64,000 bases of DNA from an uncultured Acidimicrobiia bacterium (GCA_963836205.1 CAWIIV010000017.1:160001-224000), one strand, 5' to 3'; positions 8,302-18,825 are shown, counted from the first letter of the stretch. Translations and numbers: made by a program. The notes: generated by a model not told the origin, from the sequence alone.

Positions 8302-9498
8302 ATGCGAGGTCACGTCGCAAAGAAGGGCAACCGCTACTACGCCGTCATCTACGAGGGCATCGATCAGGCCACTGGCCGCCAGCGCCACCGCTGGTACGCA
8401 GGCGGCGCCACCCGCAGGGAGGCCGAGAAGCTCCTCGCCGAGATGGTCAAGCGCAGTCACGACGGTGACTATCGGGCGCCCGAGCGGATCACCCTCGGTA
8501 CCTACCTCGAAGAGCGCTGGCTGCCTGCCAAGCGGGCCCAGCTCCGGCATTCGACCTGGGACTCATACCGGCGCAACGTCGAGATCCACGTCCAGCCCCG
8601 CATCGGCAACATCCCGCTGCAGCGGCTCACCCCGGAGGACCTCGACGCCTTCTACGCCGGGCTGCTCGTCGATGGGCGACGCAACGGTGCCGGTGGCGGC
8701 CTATCGCCCCGTTCGGTGCGGATCATCCACGGGATGCTGCGCAAGGCTCTCGCCGACGCCTGCCGCAAGGGCAGCCTGGTGCGCAATGTCGCCGATCTGG
8801 CCGACCCACCCAAACCCAGCGCGTACGGCAGCAAGGAGATGCGGGTCTGGATGCCGGCCCAGCTCCGCCAGTTCCTCGACGAGATCGACGACCACCGCCT
8901 CGCTCCGGCCTTCTTCCTCTCCGCCAACACCGGGATGCGGCGAGGCGAGGTGCTCGGGCTGCGATGGGACGACGTCGACCTCGACGCCGCTCGCATCTCG
9001 GTCCGTCACGCCGTGCTCAACGTCGCCTACGAGCTCATCCTCGCCGACGTGAAGACCAAGTCGAGCAGGCGCACGATCGACCTCGACGCCCGAACCGTCG
9101 CCGTGCTGCGGGGGTGGCGGAAAGCACAGCTGGAGGAACGACTCGCACTCGGGCGCCGGCCCGACGACGACGGGATCGTGTTCGCCGCGCCCGACGGTGG
9201 CCCGACTCACCCCGACCTGTTCAGCCAGACCTTCGACCGCCACGTCGCCAAGTCGACGCTGCCCCGCATCCGCCTGCACGACCTCCGCCATACACACGCC
9301 ACGATCCTGCTTAAGGCCAGAGTCCCCGTGAAGGTGGTCAGCGAGCGCTTGGGCCACAGCAGTCCGGCGTTCACCATGACCGTCTACCAGCACGTCTTGC
9401 CAGGCATGCAGGCCGATGCTGCGGCGATGTTCGGCGATGTGGTCTTCGGCGAGGAGCGGAACGCGCCACAGCAGCAGCCTGAAGCGAGTCCAGTCTGA
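8302..9498 (+). CDS. Tyrosine recombinase/integrase (ICEBs1-like, arm-binding N-terminus)
   Basis: TGMRRGEVLGLRW, HDLRHTHAT, VSERLGHSS, TMTVYQH; AGGAGG RBS at 8291-8296. Confidence 0.95.
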   Translation: MRGHVAKKGNRYYAVIYEGIDQATGRQRHRWYAGGATRREAEKLLAEMVKRSHDGDYRAPERITLGTYLEERWLPAKRAQLRHSTWDSYRRNVEIHVQPRIGNIPLQRLTPEDLDAFYAGLLVDGRRNGAGGGLSPRSVRIIHGMLRKALADACRKGSLVRNVADLADPPKPSAYGSKEMRVWMPAQLRQFLDEIDDHRLAPAFFLSANTGMRRGEVLGLRWDDVDLDAARISVRHAVLNVAYELILADVKTKSSRRTIDLDARTVAVLRGWRKAQLEERLALGRRPDDDGIVFAAPDGGPTHPDLFSQTFDRHVAKSTLPRIRLHDLRHTHATILLKARVPVKVVSERLGHSSPAFTMTVYQHVLPGMQADAAAMFGDVVFGEERNAPQQQPEASPV

Positions 9499-9547
9499 GG
9501 CGACCCCCGCCTTCGTTACGGTGTAGCCACATGCCGGGAAGGCGGGG

Positions 9548-11941
9548 GTGGTGACCAACAAGAAGGCGCTGAGCGAGTCGGACATCTGCGACCGCTTCAT
9601 CACGCCAGCGGTCACCAGGGCCGGCTGGGCGCCCAACCGATGGCGGCGCGAGTACGGGTTCACCGACGGCAAGATCATCGTTCGGGGCAAGCTGGTCGCA
9701 CGGGGCAAGCGCAAGCGCCTCGACTACCTGTTGTTCCACACGCCGAACCTGCCGATCGCCTTGATCGAGGCGAAGGACAACAGCTACTCGGTCGGCTCGG
9801 GCATGCAGCAGGCCCTCGCATACGCGGAGCTGCTCGACGTGCCGTTTGTATTCAGCTCGAACGGCGACGGGTTCCTGTTCCACGACCGAACCGGAACGCT
9901 CGCACACATCGAGCAGACGCTGACCCTCGATGAGTTCCCCTCGCCCGAGACCTTGTGGGACCACTACAGGCAGTGGCGCAGTCTCGAGAAGGCCGACGAG
10001 GACGTCGTCTCCAGCTCGAACTACGTCGAGGCCGGCGGCAAGGAGGCCCGGTACTACCAGCAACTCGCCATCAACCGCACCGTCGAGGCGGTCGCCCGGG
10101 GTCAGCGGCGCCTCTTGCTGGTCATGGCCACCGGGACAGGCAAGACCTACACCGCCTTCAACATCATCTGGCGGCTCTGGAAGAACAAGACCGCCAAGCG
10201 AGTGCTGTTCCTGGCTGATCGCAACATCCTCGTGGACCAGACGATCCAGAACGACTTCCGCCCTTTCGGCGGGGTCATGAAGAAGCTGAACCGGGGCCTG
10301 GTCGACGAGCACGGCCGTATCGACACCTCGTACGAGATCTACCTCGGGCTCTACCAGGCGATCATGGGCAGTGAGGACAAGGAGCCGATCTACGACAAGT
10401 TCCCGAAGGACTTCTTCGATCTCATAGTGATCGACGAGTGCCACCGGGGCTCAGCGGCGGAGGATTCGGCGTGGCGGGAAGTCCTCGCCTACTTCGACTC
10501 CGCCATCCAGCTAGGAATGACGGCCACTCCGAAGGAGACGAAGTACGTCTCGAACATCCACTACTTCGGTGAGCCGGTCTACACGTACTCCCTGAAGCAG
10601 GGCATCGAGGACGGGTTCCTCGCCCCCTACAAGGTGGTGCGCGTCGATCTCGACCACGATCTCCTCGGATGGCGCCCCGAGGAGGGCCAGGTCGACGACG
10701 CCGGCGAGCTGATCGAGGATCGTATCTACAACCCGAAGGACTTCGACCGCGACATCGTCTTCCCGCAGCGGGACACGCTCGTCGCCGAGCGAATCTCGTC
10801 GTTCCTGCACGGCACCGACCCGATGCACAAGACAATCGTGTTCTGCCAGAGCATCGACCACGCGGAGCGGATGCGGCAGGCCCTCGTGAATGTGCCCGAG
10901 AACGCACCCCTCGTCCACGTCGACCACCGCTACGTCATGCGGATCACGGGGGACAACGATGAGGGCAAGGCCCAGCTCGACAACTTCATCGACCCCAAGC
11001 GGCCCTACCCAGTGATCGCCACCACGTCGAAGCTGATGAGCACCGGCGTTGACGCCCAGACCTGCCATGTCATCGCCCTCGAACAGCGGATCCAATCGCT
11101 CACCGAGTTCAAGCAGATCATCGGCCGCGGTACCCGCCTGCGTCCCGACTACGGCAAGTACTTCTTCACGATCATCGACTTCCGAAAGGCCACCGAGCTG
11201 TTTGCCGACCCTGATTGGGACGGCCCACCAATCCAGATCTACGAGGTACCCGAGAGCGCCGAAGACGTCACCCCACCCGACCCGACTCTCGCCGACGAGC
11301 CGATTGAGGACGAGATCGACGTGATCCTCGCCGACCCCGACCACGTCATCGACGACGCCGAGCTCGACGACGATGACCGCCACGTCTACGTGGTGAGTGG
11401 CGTGACATTCACCGTGGTCGCCGAGCGGGTGCAGTACTACGACCGCGACGGCAAGCTAATCACCGAGTCGCTCAACGACTACACCCGGCGCACGGTGCAG
11501 GAGGAGTTCGCCACGCTCGGCGAGTTCCTCAAGCGGTGGAACAACGCCGAACGAAAGCAGGTGATCGTCGACGAGCTACTGGAGCGGGGCGTGCTGCTCG
11601 AAGCGCTGGAAGCCGCCACCGGCGGCGGGCTGGATCCGTTCGACCTGATCTGCCATGTTGCTTTCGACCAGCCGGCACTCAGCCGCCGGGAACGGGCCGA
11701 TAACGTGCGCAAGCGCGACGTGTTCACCAGGTACGGCGACCAGGCCCGTGAGGTCCTCTCCGCCCTCCTCGAGAAGTACGCCGACCAAGGCCTCGGCTCG
11801 ATGGGTGAGATCGAGGTCCTCAAGCTTGACCCGTTCCCCGAACTAGGGACACCCATCGAACTGGTCCGTAGGTTCGGCGGACGCGACCAGTACCTCGCCG
11901 CGCTGCGCGAGATCGATGCCGCCCTTTACGAACCCGCCTGA
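9548..11941 (+). CDS. hsdR: Type I restriction enzyme R subunit (EcoAI/EcoEI-like)
   Basis: D..IEAK nuclease motif, MATGTGKT, DECHRGSA, TATP, TGVD, QIIGRGTR; C-terminal DPFDLICHVAF. Confidence 0.95.
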   Translation: MVTNKKALSESDICDRFITPAVTRAGWAPNRWRREYGFTDGKIIVRGKLVARGKRKRLDYLLFHTPNLPIALIEAKDNSYSVGSGMQQALAYAELLDVPFVFSSNGDGFLFHDRTGTLAHIEQTLTLDEFPSPETLWDHYRQWRSLEKADEDVVSSSNYVEAGGKEARYYQQLAINRTVEAVARGQRRLLLVMATGTGKTYTAFNIIWRLWKNKTAKRVLFLADRNILVDQTIQNDFRPFGGVMKKLNRGLVDEHGRIDTSYEIYLGLYQAIMGSEDKEPIYDKFPKDFFDLIVIDECHRGSAAEDSAWREVLAYFDSAIQLGMTATPKETKYVSNIHYFGEPVYTYSLKQGIEDGFLAPYKVVRVDLDHDLLGWRPEEGQVDDAGELIEDRIYNPKDFDRDIVFPQRDTLVAERISSFLHGTDPMHKTIVFCQSIDHAERMRQALVNVPENAPLVHVDHRYVMRITGDNDEGKAQLDNFIDPKRPYPVIATTSKLMSTGVDAQTCHVIALEQRIQSLTEFKQIIGRGTRLRPDYGKYFFTIIDFRKATELFADPDWDGPPIQIYEVPESAEDVTPPDPTLADEPIEDEIDVILADPDHVIDDAELDDDDRHVYVVSGVTFTVVAERVQYYDRDGKLITESLNDYTRRTVQEEFATLGEFLKRWNNAERKQVIVDELLERGVLLEALEAATGGGLDPFDLICHVAFDQPALSRRERADNVRKRDVFTRYGDQAREVLSALLEKYADQGLGSMGEIEVLKLDPFPELGTPIELVRRFGGRDQYLAALREIDAALYEPA

Positions 11942-11952
11942 CCGGAGCGACC

Positions 11953-13416
11953 GTGTCCCTTTCGACCACCATCAAGTCCATCCAGGACATCATGCGCAAG
12001 GACGCCGGCGTGGACGGCGACGCCCAACGGATCGGTCAACTCGGCTGGATGTTGTTCTTCAAGATCTTCTCTGACCTCGAGATCCAAACCGAGCTCGAGG
12101 ACGATCACTACGAGTCTCCGGTCCCACCGTGGCTTCGGTGGGACGTATGGGCCAACGAGGACCTTGCCGGCACAAGCGCGCCGACCGGCGACGACCTCCT
12201 GGACCTCGTCGACAACTCCTTGTTCCCGGCGCTGAAAGAGCTGGACCTCGCGAGCTTCACCGGTGGGGCCCGCCTGCGGGCTGAGCTGCTACGCAGCGTC
12301 TTCGAAGGCGCCTTCAACTACATGAAGTCCGGCACGCTGATGCGTCAGGTGATCAACAAGATCAACCACGACCTCGACTTCAACGAGTCAAAGACCCGCC
12401 ACACGTTCGGCGAAATCTACGAGCAGATCCTCAAGGGCCTCCAGGGCGCCGGCAACGCCGGCGAGTTCTACACACCCCGCGCTGCCACGCAGTTCGCAGT
12501 CGACATGGTCAAGCCCCGATTCGGGGAGGTAGTGCTCGACCCGGCGTGTGGCACCGGCGGCTTTCTCACCTGCACCTACGAAAACGTTCGCCCTCAGGCC
12601 GACACCCTGCCGAGACTCACGCAGCTGAAGGCGAGTATCCGCGGCGTAGAGAAGAAGCCGCTCCCCCATCTGCTGTGCGTCACCAACCTTATGGTCCACG
12701 GGGTCGAGGTGCCGACGATCCGCCACGGCAACACTCTCGCCCGGCCGCTGCGCGATTACGGCCCGGCGGACCAGGTCGATGTGATCGTCACCAACCCGCC
12801 CTTCGGCGGAATGGAGGAGGACGGGATCGAGGGCAATTTCCCTGCCGAGTTTCGTACCCGGGAGACCGCTGACCTGTTTCTCGTGCTGGTGATGGAGCTC
12901 CTCAAGGACGGCGGTCGGGCGGCCATCATCCTGCCGGACGGGACGCTGTTCGGAGAAGGCATCAAGACCCGCATCAAGCGCAAGCTCCTGGAGGAGTGCG
13001 ACCTCCACACGATCGTCCGGCTCCCCAAGGGCGTCTTCGCGCCCTACACCACGATCAAGACGAACATCCTGTTCTTCACCAAAGGTGAGCCCACTAAAGG
13101 CGTCTGGTTCTATGAGCACCCATATCCCGAGGGCGCCAAGAGCTACTCGAAGACCAAGCCCATGCGGATCGAGGAGTTCGAGCCGGAAAAGGCGTGGTGG
13201 AACAACCGCGAGGAAACCGAGCGGGCCTGGATGGTCACCGCGGAGGATATCGCCAGTGGTGACTACAACCTCGACATCACCAACCCGAACACGGTCATCG
13301 AGGGCCACGAGGACCCCGACGTGCTGCTCGCCCGCTACGAGGAAGCGAACGCCGAGGTCGAAGAAGCCCGCGAGGCGTTGAAGTCCCTCCTCAGCGAATT
13401 ACTCGTTGGCGAGTGA
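11953..13416 (+). CDS. hsdM: Type I R-M methyltransferase subunit (N6-adenine)
   Basis: GEFYTPR, LDPACGTGGF, NPPF motif. Confidence 0.95.
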   Translation: MSLSTTIKSIQDIMRKDAGVDGDAQRIGQLGWMLFFKIFSDLEIQTELEDDHYESPVPPWLRWDVWANEDLAGTSAPTGDDLLDLVDNSLFPALKELDLASFTGGARLRAELLRSVFEGAFNYMKSGTLMRQVINKINHDLDFNESKTRHTFGEIYEQILKGLQGAGNAGEFYTPRAATQFAVDMVKPRFGEVVLDPACGTGGFLTCTYENVRPQADTLPRLTQLKASIRGVEKKPLPHLLCVTNLMVHGVEVPTIRHGNTLARPLRDYGPADQVDVIVTNPPFGGMEEDGIEGNFPAEFRTRETADLFLVLVMELLKDGGRAAIILPDGTLFGEGIKTRIKRKLLEECDLHTIVRLPKGVFAPYTTIKTNILFFTKGEPTKGVWFYEHPYPEGAKSYSKTKPMRIEEFEPEKAWWNNREETERAWMVTAEDIASGDYNLDITNPNTVIEGHEDPDVLLARYEEANAEVEEAREALKSLLSELLVGE

Positions 13417-15044
13417 TGTCCGCTCATACCTTGCTCGCGAACTTCGGCACGATCGTTGAGTCCCCCGACGGAGTTGCGCGCGCACGGACCCTCATCCTCG
13501 ATCTGGCAACGCTGGGACGGCTTACTGTGCGCATTCCGAATGACGACCAGCGCCGATCTTCGGACGACTCACGTTTAGACGAGCTCCCGCCGGGTTGGCG
13601 CTGGGTCCCCCTGGAGTCGACCGGCCGTCTCGTCACAGGGACGAGCGCGAACTCGCTCGCCAAGGAACGCCTGGCGAGCGTCCGATCTGGCGTCCCCTAC
13701 GTGGCAACCAAGGATGTCGGCTATGGAAATGAGGAGATCCGCTACGACACAGGCCTCCTGGTGCCCGAGGATTGCCTGGAGTATAAGCGTGCCCGTCCGG
13801 GTGCGGTCCTGCTGTGCCTCGAGGGCGGCAGCGCAGGCCGAAAGATGGGTATCACTGACCGTACGATCTGCTTCGGCAACAAGCTGCTCGCGAACGAGAC
13901 CTACGACGACGTCGACCCGACATATCTCCTCTATTGCTACCTATCGACGCGCTTCCAGACCGAGTTCAGGAGGAGGAAGACAGGGATCATCGGTGGAATC
14001 TCCAAGAAGGCAGTCGCCGAGATAGAGATCGCACTTCCTCCAATCGACGAACAGCACTTCATCGTTGCGAAGGTCGCTGAGCTGATGCGGCTCTGTGACC
14101 GACTCGAAGCCGGCCAAGCGCTCCGACAGCACGCTGCAACGCGGCTCAGGGAGTCCTCGCTCATGGCGCTGATCGCGGCCGAGAACCAAGAGAGTCTCAG
14201 CGCTGCTTGGTCTCGTCTTCGCGCCAACTGGAACGCTGTTACCAACGCCTCGAACGCAATCGACTCACTCCGCCAGACCGTTCTCCAGCTCGCCGTTCGG
14301 GGCAGATTGGTCCCGCGGGGCGAAACCTCGACCGGAACGGCAGGCGAGCTCGTCGAGGCCACGAGGGAGCGGCGCAAGCAGGTCGAGCACGAAAGGGGTC
14401 TTCGCCAACCGAAGAACCTCACCGAGATCAGCGAGGTTGCAAAACCCTTTGACCTACCAACGGGTTGGGCGTGGGCGCGGTTTTCCGAACTCGGTGAACT
14501 CGCCCGAGGCAGATCCCAGCACCGGCCGAGGAACGATCTGACGCTGTACGTCAATGGGGCCGTGCCTCTGATCCAGACGGGCGATGTGGCACGGGCCGTC
14601 GGCACGATTCAAACCTGGTCAACCACCTATAATGAGAAGGGCCTTGCCCAGAGCCGGCTTTGGCCAGCAGGCACGCTGTGTATCACGATCGCAGCAAACA
14701 TCGCCGACTCCGCCCTACTTGGCTTCGACGCGTGCTTTCCGGATAGCGTCGTGGGCTTTGTCCCATTCAAACCGATCCCGGACGCACGCTACTTCGAGTA
14801 CTTCATGCGAACCGCGCAGTCTTACCTCGAACAATTCGCTCCTTCTACGGCTCAGAAGAACATCAACCTCGCCATTCTCGACGAACTTCTGATTCCGCTC
14901 CCACCGGCCGAGGAGATGCACCGCATCGTGCAGCGGGTCGAGGCTCTGTTGGGTCTGTGTGACGTGCTCGAAGCACGACAGATGAACAGCGACACAGCCT
15001 CAGCCGAGCTCACAGGGTCCCTACTGCAAGCGATCGCGAGCTAG
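13416..15044 (+). CDS. hsdS: Type I R-M specificity subunit
   Basis: Two TRDs flanked by ELPPGW/DLPTGW and LPPIDEQ/LPPAEEM conserved regions; overlaps the hsdM stop. Confidence 0.9.
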   Translation: MSAHTLLANFGTIVESPDGVARARTLILDLATLGRLTVRIPNDDQRRSSDDSRLDELPPGWRWVPLESTGRLVTGTSANSLAKERLASVRSGVPYVATKDVGYGNEEIRYDTGLLVPEDCLEYKRARPGAVLLCLEGGSAGRKMGITDRTICFGNKLLANETYDDVDPTYLLYCYLSTRFQTEFRRRKTGIIGGISKKAVAEIEIALPPIDEQHFIVAKVAELMRLCDRLEAGQALRQHAATRLRESSLMALIAAENQESLSAAWSRLRANWNAVTNASNAIDSLRQTVLQLAVRGRLVPRGETSTGTAGELVEATRERRKQVEHERGLRQPKNLTEISEVAKPFDLPTGWAWARFSELGELARGRSQHRPRNDLTLYVNGAVPLIQTGDVARAVGTIQTWSTTYNEKGLAQSRLWPAGTLCITIAANIADSALLGFDACFPDSVVGFVPFKPIPDARYFEYFMRTAQSYLEQFAPSTAQKNINLAILDELLIPLPPAEEMHRIVQRVEALLGLCDVLEARQMNSDTASAELTGSLLQAIAS

Positions 15045-15061
15045 CGCGTCGATACCTTCGC

Positions 15062-15575
15062 GTGGCCGAGGCGGCGTCTGCTGGCTCGCGGCGAGCTCGA
15101 GGGCCGAGGACGCCCGTCCAAGAGGCGCTCATCCGCGCGCTCCTGCGTGGGAGACGAGCGGCCGCCGGTCCGCCGGGTTGGCTCGTCACGGTGGCGTGGC
15201 GGGCTTTCCTCGACATGGCGCGATCAGACACCGCACGTCGCGACCGAGATGTGCGGAACGGCAGGACGCCGCCGGCGGGTGCGGCCTCGAGTGCCGACGA
15301 CACCTTGCACCTGTACGAACCCTGCGCGCACCCGGACCTGACGCCCTCGTCGGCGGTGGCGGTGGCCCTGCGGTTGGCGGCCTGACCGCCGGAAAGATCG
15401 CGCAGGCCTACCTGGTCCCTGAACGCACGAGGGCACAGCGGATCAGCCGCGCGAAGCGGACGATCAGCGAGATCGGTGTCCAGGGCCCGGGCGACGCAGC
15501 CACCGTGATGCGGGCCCTCTACCTCGTCTTCAACGAGGGCTACTCCGGTGACGTCGATCTGGCCGCCGCCGGAGG
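15062..15575 (+). pseudogene. Truncated, frameshifted ECF sigma factor (ECF42/DUF6596-type)
   Basis: VQEALIRAL..GWLVTVAWRAFLD..DDTLHL..CAHPDL in one frame continues as GGLTAGKIAQAYLVPERTRAQRISRAK..LYLVFNEGY in another; both termini missing. Confidence 0.75.
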
Positions 15576-15695
15576 TAGGAGTGTCGTGCAGGCACCGGGT
15601 CACTGTCGCCCAGGTACCGGGGTCGCGTCCGGGAAGTGTCAGGTAGGTACCGGGGCCACGGTGTCCACTATGAACCGGGTCCGCACACAGGACCC

Positions 15696-15726
15696 CGTTA
15701 GAAGACGTTAGAAGAAACGTTAGAAG
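15696..15726 (+). repeat. Three direct repeats CGTTAGAAG (putative integrase arm-type sites)
   Basis: Copies at 15696-15704, 15706-15714 and 15718-15726, about 60 nt from the tRNA 3' end. Confidence 0.7.
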
Positions 15727-15743
15727 TCGGCCCGGGAACGCAG

Positions 15744-15769
15744 AGGGCCGGTGCTCTCGCACCGGCCCT
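15744..15769 (-). terminator. Hairpin downstream of tRNA-fMet
   Basis: AGGGCCGGTGC-TCTC-GCACCGGCCCT perfect 11-bp stem. Confidence 0.7.
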
Positions 15770-15784
15770 GACCTGCTCGTTTCT

Positions 15785-15861
<77 letters not shown>

Positions 15862-15882
15862 GCGTAGAAAACAGGTTACCAC

Positions 15883-18813
15883 TCAGGCGGTGGCTGTGGT
15901 CGTCGGGGTCGTCGCGGGGGTGGGCGGCGACGCCGCGCTGACGGCGTCGGATGCCTGCTTGACGAGGGCCTTGGCCGCGTCCAACTCCTTCTGGTAGGTC
16001 CCCAGGTCGCCCCGGCGGAGGGCCTCGTCGGCGGCGGTGAAGTGGGCGTTGGCCTGGTCGAGGAGGCCGGCAATGGTGACGTCGACGACCGGCGGGGGCG
16101 TCTCCCCACCCGGCGGCGGCGTCCCGCCCGTGGGCGCGCCCTCGCCCTGGCGCTCGAGGGTGGACGGCGAGCTGCCGAACAGCACGGTCAGCGATTCCCG
16201 GAGCGAATCACGCATGACCACCCGGTCGCCCGCGACCACGATCACCTTCTTGAGCTGGGGGATGGGGGTGCCCTCGGCCTGGACGTACAGCGGCTGGATG
16301 TAGATCAGCGACTGGTTGACGGGGATGACCAGCAGGTTCCCGAACCGGACGTTCGAGCCGCCGGTGCCCAACAGGGTGATCTGCTGCGAGATCTCCGGTT
16401 GCTGGTTGATGCGGGCGCTCACGATGGCCGGCCCGTCGGTCTGTTTGGCCCGGGGCATGACGAACGCCTCCAGCCGGCCGTAGTTCGACGGATCGCTCTT
16501 GGCCACCATGAAGGCGGTGAGGTCCTTACGGCTGTCGTTGCGGGAGAAGGGGACGAACGGCTGCAGGATCAGGAAGTCCTCCCGCTCCTCGCCCGGCAGG
16601 CGCATGAGGAGGTGGTAGGGCTCCATCCGCTCCTCCCGGGCGACTGCGGGGGCCCCGCCCGGGGTCGTGGGATTCACGCCGCCGGGGGCGGTGGGGCCGA
16701 TCACGCCCGGCTTCTGGGCGATTTCCCAGGCGTCGGTGCGGTTGTAGAAGTTGGCCGGATCGGTGATGTGGTAGAGGCCGAACATGTTGGTCTGCACCCG
16801 GAAGATGTCCTCCGGGTAGCGGAAGTGGGCTCGCAGCTCGGCGGGGACCGACTCGCCGGCGGTGAACATCCCCGGGAACGCCTCGTCGTAGGCCTTGATG
16901 ATGGGGTCGTTGGGGTCGACGATGTAGAAGGTCATCTTGCCGTTGTAGGCGTCGATGACAACCTTCACCGAGTTGCGCACATAGTTGAAGTTGACGTTGA
17001 GGTCGCTGGTGTTCGGCAGCCGCGACGTGTCCGCCCGCTGCGAGTAGGGGTAGCGGCTGGTGGTCGTGTAGGCGTCGTAGATCCACTTGATCTGACCGTC
17101 GATGATCACCGGGTAGGGGTCGGAGTCGAAGCGGAGGAAAGGGGCCGCCTTGCGCACCCGCTCGTCGATGTTGCGGACGTAGATCGCCCGCGACTCCGAC
17201 GTGACCAGGCTGGAGATGAGCGGGTTCAGGTCGCCGAAGCGCAGGGCCAGCGCCGCCTGGCGGACGAAGGAGTTCATCCGCACCCCGCCGTCGCCCGAGT
17301 AGACGGTGGTGTGGTTGGTGCCGTCAGTGCCGGTGTAGTCGATCTCGGCCTGATTGGTCTTGACGATCGCGTAGCCGTCGACTCCCTGCCCGTAGTAGAT
17401 GGCGGGCTGACGCAGCGCGGGCTCGCCCACCGGCGGCAGGTCCTTCAGGCGGAAGTCGGGGTTGCTGTCGGGGGCGACGCCGGTGCTGGGCGTGAGGACA
17501 GCGCCGTAGCCGTGGGTGTAGACGAGGTGCTGGTTGACCCACGACTGGGACGGGATGCCGTTGACGTTGAGCTCCCGTACCGAGATGAGCGCCTGGGTGT
17601 CGAGGCCGTCGAGCGGGTAGCGATCCACGTCGACATCGTTGATCTGATAAAAGGTCCGGACCTCCTGGAGGCGGCGGTAGGTGTCCCGGACGATCGCCGG
17701 GTCCCAGAGCCGGATGTTGCGGATGGTGGCCTGGTTCTGCTCCAGGTCGGCGGCGGTGAGGGTGGTGTTGGCCTCGAAATCTCGTAGCTCGGTATTTCGG
17801 AGGTTGAACGCTTCCCGGGTGGCGGTGATGTTTCGCTCGATATAGGGGCGTTCCTTGGTGGACTCGGTGGGCTGCACCCGGAACTTCTGCACCGCGGCCG
17901 GGTAGGCGGCACCGATGACCACCGAGATGAGGGCCCACACCCCCACCGCGATCACGGGCAGGACCCATCCCCGGCGGAGGATGTTGACCAGGAACAGGGC
18001 GCAGGCGAAGAGGCTGATGAGCACCAGCAGGTTGAGGGCCGGAAGCTGGGCCTTCACGTCGGTGTAGCCGGCCCCGTCGACCACGCCCCGGCTGGAGTAC
18101 ACCAGCTCGTAGCGCTGGAGGAAGTACCCGGCCGCCTTGAGCAGGGCCAGCACCGCCAGCAGCACCGACAGGTGGGCCTTCACCTGCGGCGTCACCTTCT
18201 GCATCGGGGTCTGGAAGCGGATCCCGCCGTTGAGGTAGTGGGCGACGGCGGTGACGATGAGCACGATGACGATCGCGGCGAAGAGCCAGTCGGCCACGAA
18301 CTTCACGAAGGGCAGCTCGAAGACGTAGAAGCCGATGTCGCGCTTGAAGAGGGCGTCGTTGGCGCCGAAGGACTGCTGGTTGCGGAACAGCAGCCACGAT
18401 TGCCACTGGCCGGCAGCGCCGGGGCCTGCGACCAGGGCGAAGAGGGCGGCCACGCCGAGGCGAACCAGGCCGGCCCGGGCCCCGACCACCTCGTGATAGC
18501 GCTCGATGAACTGCTCCTCCGGCCCCATCGGTCGGAAGGTGGGGGCGAGGACGTCGGCGATGGCCAGGTTGGCCCACACGATGGCGAAGAACAGCAGCGA
18601 GAAGACGATGGCCAGGCCCACCTTGGCCCCGAGGACGCCCTGCCAGACGTCGGTGAGCCCGATCTCGTCGAACCACAAATAGTCGGTGTAGAAGCCGGCG
18701 ATCCCCCGCAGCGAGATGACGAGGAAGAAGACGGCCAGACCGATGACGACGAGGGCGACCCGCCGGGACGTGGAACCCCGTCGACGCCGGGGGAGATCGG
18801 TGGGCGCGCGCAT
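15883..18813 (-). CDS. UPF0182 family membrane protein
   Basis: FYTDYLWF, DIGFYVFELP, GAGYTDV, NIRLWDP, HLVYTHGYG, NYVRNSVK; usual position upstream of tRNA-Met in Actinobacteria. Confidence 0.95.
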   Translation of the reverse strand: MRAPTDLPRRRRGSTSRRVALVVIGLAVFFLVISLRGIAGFYTDYLWFDEIGLTDVWQGVLGAKVGLAIVFSLLFFAIVWANLAIADVLAPTFRPMGPEEQFIERYHEVVGARAGLVRLGVAALFALVAGPGAAGQWQSWLLFRNQQSFGANDALFKRDIGFYVFELPFVKFVADWLFAAIVIVLIVTAVAHYLNGGIRFQTPMQKVTPQVKAHLSVLLAVLALLKAAGYFLQRYELVYSSRGVVDGAGYTDVKAQLPALNLLVLISLFACALFLVNILRRGWVLPVIAVGVWALISVVIGAAYPAAVQKFRVQPTESTKERPYIERNITATREAFNLRNTELRDFEANTTLTAADLEQNQATIRNIRLWDPAIVRDTYRRLQEVRTFYQINDVDVDRYPLDGLDTQALISVRELNVNGIPSQSWVNQHLVYTHGYGAVLTPSTGVAPDSNPDFRLKDLPPVGEPALRQPAIYYGQGVDGYAIVKTNQAEIDYTGTDGTNHTTVYSGDGGVRMNSFVRQAALALRFGDLNPLISSLVTSESRAIYVRNIDERVRKAAPFLRFDSDPYPVIIDGQIKWIYDAYTTTSRYPYSQRADTSRLPNTSDLNVNFNYVRNSVKVVIDAYNGKMTFYIVDPNDPIIKAYDEAFPGMFTAGESVPAELRAHFRYPEDIFRVQTNMFGLYHITDPANFYNRTDAWEIAQKPGVIGPTAPGGVNPTTPGGAPAVAREERMEPYHLLMRLPGEEREDFLILQPFVPFSRNDSRKDLTAFMVAKSDPSNYGRLEAFVMPRAKQTDGPAIVSARINQQPEISQQITLLGTGGSNVRFGNLLVIPVNQSLIYIQPLYVQAEGTPIPQLKKVIVVAGDRVVMRDSLRESLTVLFGSSPSTLERQGEGAPTGGTPPPGGETPPPVVDVTIAGLLDQANAHFTAADEALRRGDLGTYQKELDAAKALVKQASDAVSAASPPTPATTPTTTATA

Positions 18814-18825
18814 GGCGCGGTCAGC

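Noticed and set aside
9541-9549. 9-bp match (GGCGGGGGT) to the tRNA 3' end as a second att site
   Set aside because: Too short and GC-rich to be significant, and better explained as a hairpin arm.
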